From NCBI GenBank assembly GCA_047947115.1, contig CP170459.1, positions 2,464,001 through 2,528,000 on the forward strand: DNA of 64,000 bases, read 5' to 3'. This document shows, piece by piece, positions 59,076 to 64,000 of this stretch; position 1 is the first letter of the stretch; every line of letters starts with the position of its first letter. Source of the DNA: Verrucomicrobiota bacterium (GTDB lineage: Bacteria; Verrucomicrobiota; Verrucomicrobiia; Limisphaerales; AAA164-E04). A program made the position numbers and the translations under genes. The notes under the pieces are model-generated. The model worked only from the letters and a program-made list of their open reading frames with translations. It made no database searches and had not been told where the DNA came from.

Positions 59076-61805
59076 TTATTGATCTTCCTGGCTTTGTGGT
59101 TGTTCTTCTGCCGGTATGGAAGGTTGTGTTGAAATCTGAGCCGGAGTCAGTCCGTAACGCTTTTGTATTTCAATGTCGATCACGTCCTTTTGTATCGGTT
59201 CGGATTCCTCTGCCGGGATTTCTTCTTGTCTGGCAGGGGAGGTGTCTTTCGATTCTTTTTTTACCAAAGTAAGCAATAATCTCTGAGCGTCCTGGTATCG
59301 AGGCGCCTCTTCCAATGCCATCAGCACCTGGCGTTTTGCCTCATCCGATCCCTCCGCATGGAGGAGTCGGGCCAATTCGTAATGGGCCAGGGCAGGATCG
59401 AGTGGGTTCAGTTTGATCAAGGTTTGTCGAGCCTTGATGGCGGTCGGGATATCCTCCAGACGCTCCGAAGCAGCGGCCAAGGCTTTATAGGGCTGGGCGC
59501 TCAACGGGTTGACGGCAAGGAAACGTTCGGCGTTCAGCTTCATGCTTTCCCAGTCTTCCGCATCGCCGGCAATGTTGATCAATCGCATGTAGGCTTCGCT
59601 GACGTCACCATCTATGGCGGCAAGTTTTTCAAGGTGTTCACGTTCCCTGACGGTGTCATCTTGTTTTCCGGCTACGAAGGCCGCCAGGTAAAGTGCTCCA
59701 TTGAGTCCGCGTTGTTCGGGGTAAGCTTCCAGAAGTGTGTTCAAGACAGTTTCAGCCTCTTCCCAATTCTCGTTTTGAACATGTTGACGGGCTGTGCCGA
59801 TCAGTAAGTAATAATTGGTGGGATTCCCTTCAAGTTCAGCGGGCATTTCCGCAGCAGAAATCAGGTTTGGATCGGGTTCATCCCAGGTGAGGGTTTCGCC
59901 CAGCTTGGAGGCCTTGGCTTTTGCCCAGGCGATGAAGGCTTCGTCCAGCTCTTCCACATCCAGTGTTCGTTCGGTAATGGCATCATTAATCGGAATGCCT
60001 TCTCCCAGGTCGGTCAGGATATTTTTCAAGGCATCCATGCCGTATTTCTCCACGATGAAGGCGACGACCAAGGATGATTGATAATAGGCGAACTGCATGT
60101 CTTCACCGGATTCGGCATTGAGGAAGGCGCCGCTTAACTCGCCGATAGGTGTCATTTCGTTGCGCATGACGCGTTGGCGATAGTCCGGTGACATATGCTG
60201 TCCCCATGCAGGATTGCGCTGGAGTTCTTCAAACACCGAAATGCCCTCACTCAACCAGCGTGGCATCTTGTTCTTGGTGAGATTCAGGGTGACCACGTGG
60301 CAGAACTCATGCCACAACACGGCGCGCCAGTTGGAATTACGACCAATTCTTGAAGAAGGGCTGTTGGCGGTGATCACATCACCGAAACAGACACCCAAAA
60401 AACCAGGGTTGTGCGGCATGCCAAAGGTGCGCACCCCGAAGTCGCTTTGATTGGGGAAGATTTCCACGATGATCGGGTGATCCAGCTCAATATCGTATTT
60501 GTCGCAGATCACCGATTTGGCTTCCTGCAAAAGGGCCATGGCCTGGTCTCCGAATATCGCTGCTTCCTGCGCATCCATGCGGAGGATGAAATCCTCGTTT
60601 TGGATGGTTGCAAAGTCGTCGATGACCGATTTCAGCTGCATCAGGTTGAAGGCTGTGACGTTGTAGCCGTCGGCATCATGCATATCCTTGGCCATTTGCC
60701 ATCCGTCGTGTTCGTGACCCAGTCGCAGGAGATCCTGTGCCAGTTGAATGCGGGCATGGGAAAAGTCCTGTTTGAACTTCAGGGAAGCTTTTTGGTATTC
60801 CGCTCCTTCGGCAAAGCGGTATTTCTGTGAAAGCTTTCTTCCGATCAAATGGTCGACCTCGGGGTTTTGGGTCCAGGTGGACATGGCCTTGTCGCGGGCC
60901 TCTTTTTCTTTCTCGTGGTCGCTGTGAAGATGGGCGATGACTGCTTCATAAGCCCAGGCGTCGGGGTGATTGGGGTTGATGGTTTTGATTTGACCCAGCA
61001 AGTCCCTCGCCTGACCGTAATCCTCCGCATCGATGGAGTTGTCAACAAACATCAACATCGCGCCGACATGGTTGGGATTGGCTTTGAGTGTCTTGGTGAG
61101 CATCTCTCCCATTTGATTGTTGCCCGAACCTGCGAGAGCTTGTGCCCAGCGGAACAGAAGCTCTGCATCGTCGGGAAAGTGTTGCAGACCTTGTTTAACA
61201 GTGTTTTCGGCGACGGCGTAATCTTCCTTTTTCAAGGCCAGATCAGCCGCAGCCAGGAATGATTCCCGCAGAGGAGGGGAGGCTTTCATGCCGGGATCGA
61301 AGAAAAGTTCCAGCACCACCCGGGGATCGACATCAAGCTTCAGTGCAGCATCTCCCAAATAGGCAAGATTCTCCGGGTTGACTTTCGAATAACGGATACT
61401 GTTGATGTAGGGGGCGCTGCGATCGAGGTATTCCTGTGCTACGTCCGGTTTGTTGTTAAACAAAGCAACACGATGACCGGCAGGATACAGTTTGATGCCG
61501 CTGACGCGTCGGTCTTCGAGCCCGTCCTGAAGGATTTCGAAAGCTCGTTCGTACCGTCCCAACTGCATGGCGTTTTCCATGCCGAGCAGATACCATTTTT
61601 CGTTGAAAGCGTTGGAATCCTTGAGTTGTTCTTCGCACACATTCAGGCTTTTTTCATACTCACCTTCCCGATTCCATCCGATTGCGTCGTCGTATGCGTC
61701 TGCGTGGCTTGTTTGACTAAAGCAAAAGAGGTGGAAGCACAAAGTAACTGCGATGGTGAGCAGCGCATTTGCATGGCGAATCCGATGATGGAAGAGTGTC
61801 CCCAT
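59076..61805 (-). CDS. TPR protein with MA-clan metallopeptidase-like domain
   Basis: TPR-like helices; VLWHEFCH, PRWLSEG, AYYQS. Confidence 0.85.
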   Translation of the reverse strand: MGTLFHHRIRHANALLTIAVTLCFHLFCFSQTSHADAYDDAIGWNREGEYEKSLNVCEEQLKDSNAFNEKWYLLGMENAMQLGRYERAFEILQDGLEDRRVSGIKLYPAGHRVALFNNKPDVAQEYLDRSAPYINSIRYSKVNPENLAYLGDAALKLDVDPRVVLELFFDPGMKASPPLRESFLAAADLALKKEDYAVAENTVKQGLQHFPDDAELLFRWAQALAGSGNNQMGEMLTKTLKANPNHVGAMLMFVDNSIDAEDYGQARDLLGQIKTINPNHPDAWAYEAVIAHLHSDHEKEKEARDKAMSTWTQNPEVDHLIGRKLSQKYRFAEGAEYQKASLKFKQDFSHARIQLAQDLLRLGHEHDGWQMAKDMHDADGYNVTAFNLMQLKSVIDDFATIQNEDFILRMDAQEAAIFGDQAMALLQEAKSVICDKYDIELDHPIIVEIFPNQSDFGVRTFGMPHNPGFLGVCFGDVITANSPSSRIGRNSNWRAVLWHEFCHVVTLNLTKNKMPRWLSEGISVFEELQRNPAWGQHMSPDYRQRVMRNEMTPIGELSGAFLNAESGEDMQFAYYQSSLVVAFIVEKYGMDALKNILTDLGEGIPINDAITERTLDVEELDEAFIAWAKAKASKLGETLTWDEPDPNLISAAEMPAELEGNPTNYYLLIGTARQHVQNENWEEAETVLNTLLEAYPEQRGLNGALYLAAFVAGKQDDTVREREHLEKLAAIDGDVSEAYMRLINIAGDAEDWESMKLNAERFLAVNPLSAQPYKALAAASERLEDIPTAIKARQTLIKLNPLDPALAHYELARLLHAEGSDEAKRQVLMALEEAPRYQDAQRLLLTLVKKESKDTSPARQEEIPAEESEPIQKDVIDIEIQKRYGLTPAQISTQPSIPAEEQPQSQEDQ

Positions 61806-62011
61806 GATGATTTCCAGCACGATAGCCTGCCGAGGCAGGATTGCAAATAAATTGAGGACATTAAAAATTCAAGGAAAGGATTGTTTATTTGTTCCCTGGT
61901 TGGGATTGTGTTTATAACCAACTCCGACTTGAAACCGGGAATTTTGAATCTGCGCGAGTCCTTATGTTCTGGATTGACCCTAATGGGTGTTTGGCTTACC
62001 CTGGACCGATT

Positions 62012-62290
62012 ATGTCAGAGAAACTTCCAATTCGATTTGGTGGCATAATTCATACTAGTGAAAACCTTTCTGGAATTCTGACGTGGTTGTGCACAGGGCT
62101 ATTGATATGCACCGTCATTTGGTTGGGGCGATATTTCTCCCCGATATTGGTTTTCGGTTTTCTTGGCTTTTCCTTGCTGGTATTTCTTCCCGCGCTTTGT
62201 GGTTCTTTTATTGGCTGGTTTCTGGGGGGTGTTCGTAACGAATGCAAACAATTTCGCCACCATCGCAAGATAGAACGATCATTTCGGTAA
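62012..62290 (+). CDS. Small membrane protein
   Basis: Two hydrophobic segments and a basic tail. Confidence 0.45.
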   Translation: MSEKLPIRFGGIIHTSENLSGILTWLCTGLLICTVIWLGRYFSPILVFGFLGFSLLVFLPALCGSFIGWFLGGVRNECKQFRHHRKIERSFR

Positions 62291-62333
62291 AGATTGTAGC
62301 TTACCAAAGCCAGATCCTCGCCCCCACCTCCAC

Positions 62334-62580
62334 ACCACCGCAAAGCGTCCGTATCGGGTAGCGCACCGCTGCCGCGGGGCCGCGAGTGTGAGAAGAGGGT
62401 TCAACAGACTGATGCGTCATGCGGACTCATGGTTTGCGATGACAGTTCACGCCTCGCATCGATCCCCGGTGGATTTTGTTCACCACAATACACGTCGCGG
62501 ACTTGCGGCAGCAAGTCCCTACCACCTCAAAGCGTCCGTATCGGGTAGCGCACCGCTGCTGCGGGGCCGCGAGCGTGAGA
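62334..62580. repeat. REP-like cluster: 60-bp direct repeats plus an inverted GTAG-palindrome
   Basis: 62334-62393 vs 62521-62580 (3 mismatches); minus-strand GTAG-GGACTTGC-TGCC-GCAAGTCC at 62499-62522. Confidence 0.75.
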
Positions 62581-62638
62581 ATCCGTGATCCCAACGAGTT
62601 CGTTTAGGCAAATGCTTTTGGTCATTGGTATAACAAAA

Positions 62639-63904
62639 CTATTTGATAGGTGTGAAAGGTGTTCCCGACGGTTGATTGCCGGTGGCTGGTCGTTGAAAGA
62701 CGGCGCCATAATCTGTAAAGCCATCCACAAATCCACCATGGGATAGAAAGAACTGTCCCTTTTCCAATCCCATAAAGCGATCGAGTCGGTCTTCTTTACC
62801 GGTAGGATCATGACTGAATTTGGCGCTGGTGAGTTCTATCCAGTACCCGTTGGGTTGAACAATCCATTGGTTTCCGTATAACGCTTTGCGAATCAGGTGA
62901 CCGTTGCTTCCGACGAAATTTTCGCTGAAGCTGTAAAGACCGCGCATATATCCGCCTTCACCCGGAGTGTCCCAGGAGGAAATTAACATCCATTCCAGGC
63001 TATCCGGGTGATGATAATACCCAGTAAAGCGTGTGTGTGTGTCGTTAATCGGAGTGGCGGTTACCAGGAATTTTTGAAGGCTGCCGGTTTTCCAGGGATA
63101 CTTAAGGTGACTGTGTCCCCCGGTGCCTTCATTCCCGAAGCGACCGGTAAAGACTCCATCTCCTTTTTCAACCAGTCGCACGCGATCCATTTCGTCGACT
63201 TTGTTGGGATCAGTTGGTTCGTTGCCCCGGTCCCACACGCTGAAAATAATCCGCCGCTCCGTCGGGCTGTTTACTTGCATTCCGAAATAACCCCGGTGCC
63301 ATCCGCAAGCCATGTAGTATGAGTGAACGGGATCTTCCAGAGCCGTCATCTCACAATAAAAAGCGGCTACCTTGACGTTTTCCATTACCGGATAGACCAA
63401 ATGGACGGAGGCGGCATTCCGTCTGGGTTTCAGGTTGAAATGGGCTTTATCAACAGACTCTCCATCCAGTTCAAGCTGGATGATATCCAGAGCCGTGGCA
63501 TCGGCATCTTGTGAAGGGATGCGTTTGAGTGCGATAGGAAGATAGCCTGGTTCAGTTATCTCGAACGCGCCGAAATCTACTTCGGCTTCCTTATTGTTCT
63601 CAATGTTCACAACCCGGCGCTTTTCTTCTGAACCGACCTGTAACTTTAGGGCGACCGAACCCTCATCCCGTCCGCGGACTTGCAAGCGAACTTTCAGGTT
63701 GCCAACGTTCTTGAAATTCCCATACCACTGAATCTGAGTCGCATGATCCTTCCAGTTTACAATACCGCCTTGTCTGGAAATGCGTGCACCTCCCATGTCC
63801 GGTTTAAGGTAACCGGTCTCTGCCGGTACAATCAGTGATGCAGCCCCGGAACAGAGGTGCAAGCAAAGCAGGGCAAATAAACTCACGATAAAAGTTGATC
63901 TCAT
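62639..63904 (-). CDS. Secreted DUF5077/DUF3472-like protein
   Basis: RRNAASVHL, SYYMACGW, GYFGMQVNSPTERRIIFSVWD, FGNEGTGG, SFSENF; start 63904 or 63925. Confidence 0.85.
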   Translation of the reverse strand: MRSTFIVSLFALLCLHLCSGAASLIVPAETGYLKPDMGGARISRQGGIVNWKDHATQIQWYGNFKNVGNLKVRLQVRGRDEGSVALKLQVGSEEKRRVVNIENNKEAEVDFGAFEITEPGYLPIALKRIPSQDADATALDIIQLELDGESVDKAHFNLKPRRNAASVHLVYPVMENVKVAAFYCEMTALEDPVHSYYMACGWHRGYFGMQVNSPTERRIIFSVWDRGNEPTDPNKVDEMDRVRLVEKGDGVFTGRFGNEGTGGHSHLKYPWKTGSLQKFLVTATPINDTHTRFTGYYHHPDSLEWMLISSWDTPGEGGYMRGLYSFSENFVGSNGHLIRKALYGNQWIVQPNGYWIELTSAKFSHDPTGKEDRLDRFMGLEKGQFFLSHGGFVDGFTDYGAVFQRPATGNQPSGTPFTPIK

Positions 63905-64000
63905 AATGCTAAGTGAAATGGACATAGGTGAAGCTCTTTTCTTACTTTGCAGTAAACTGCAGGTAAGCCTCAATTTGATGAACTGAGCATATCCTATGTG

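Noticed and set aside
62334..62580. Possible CRISPR array
   Set aside because: Only two 60-bp repeats with a 127-bp gap and no cas genes; REP-like instead.

Overview
Bacterial window, most likely Verrucomicrobiota/PVC (inferred from ECF/FecR, DUF1552/DUF1592, PA14-LamG and MoxR-BatA gene types). The left half (1-31 kb) is a tandem stack of integrative elements at the 3' end of a tmRNA gene (ssrA, minus strand, 31055-31413, tag ANNELALAA). The 25-26 bp ssrA 3' end recurs at 2327 and 1009, delimiting three elements: (A) a ~28.7-kb island with a tyrosine integrase and 14 co-oriented, mostly secreted, GC-rich cargo genes whose spacers contain scraps of deleted genes; (B) a 1.3-kb integrase-less mini-element carrying only higBA; (C) a sister of B running off the window, with an inserted nucleotidyltransferase module. 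A and B/C carry different arm-type repeats. The tmRNA reads A3:U70 instead of the G3.U70 alanine determinant. The right half is chromosomal backbone: frameshifted four-helix-bundle gene, prfC, glycogen debranching fusion, accA, phrB, a phosphatase-cytochrome c fusion, a PA14/Ig/LamG surface protein, a GNAT-nitrilase/C39/RimK/GCS2 cluster, a TPR-DUF4159-MoxR-DUF58-BatA cluster and a small GTAG-REP cluster. All family calls are motif recognition by eye; no database searches were run.
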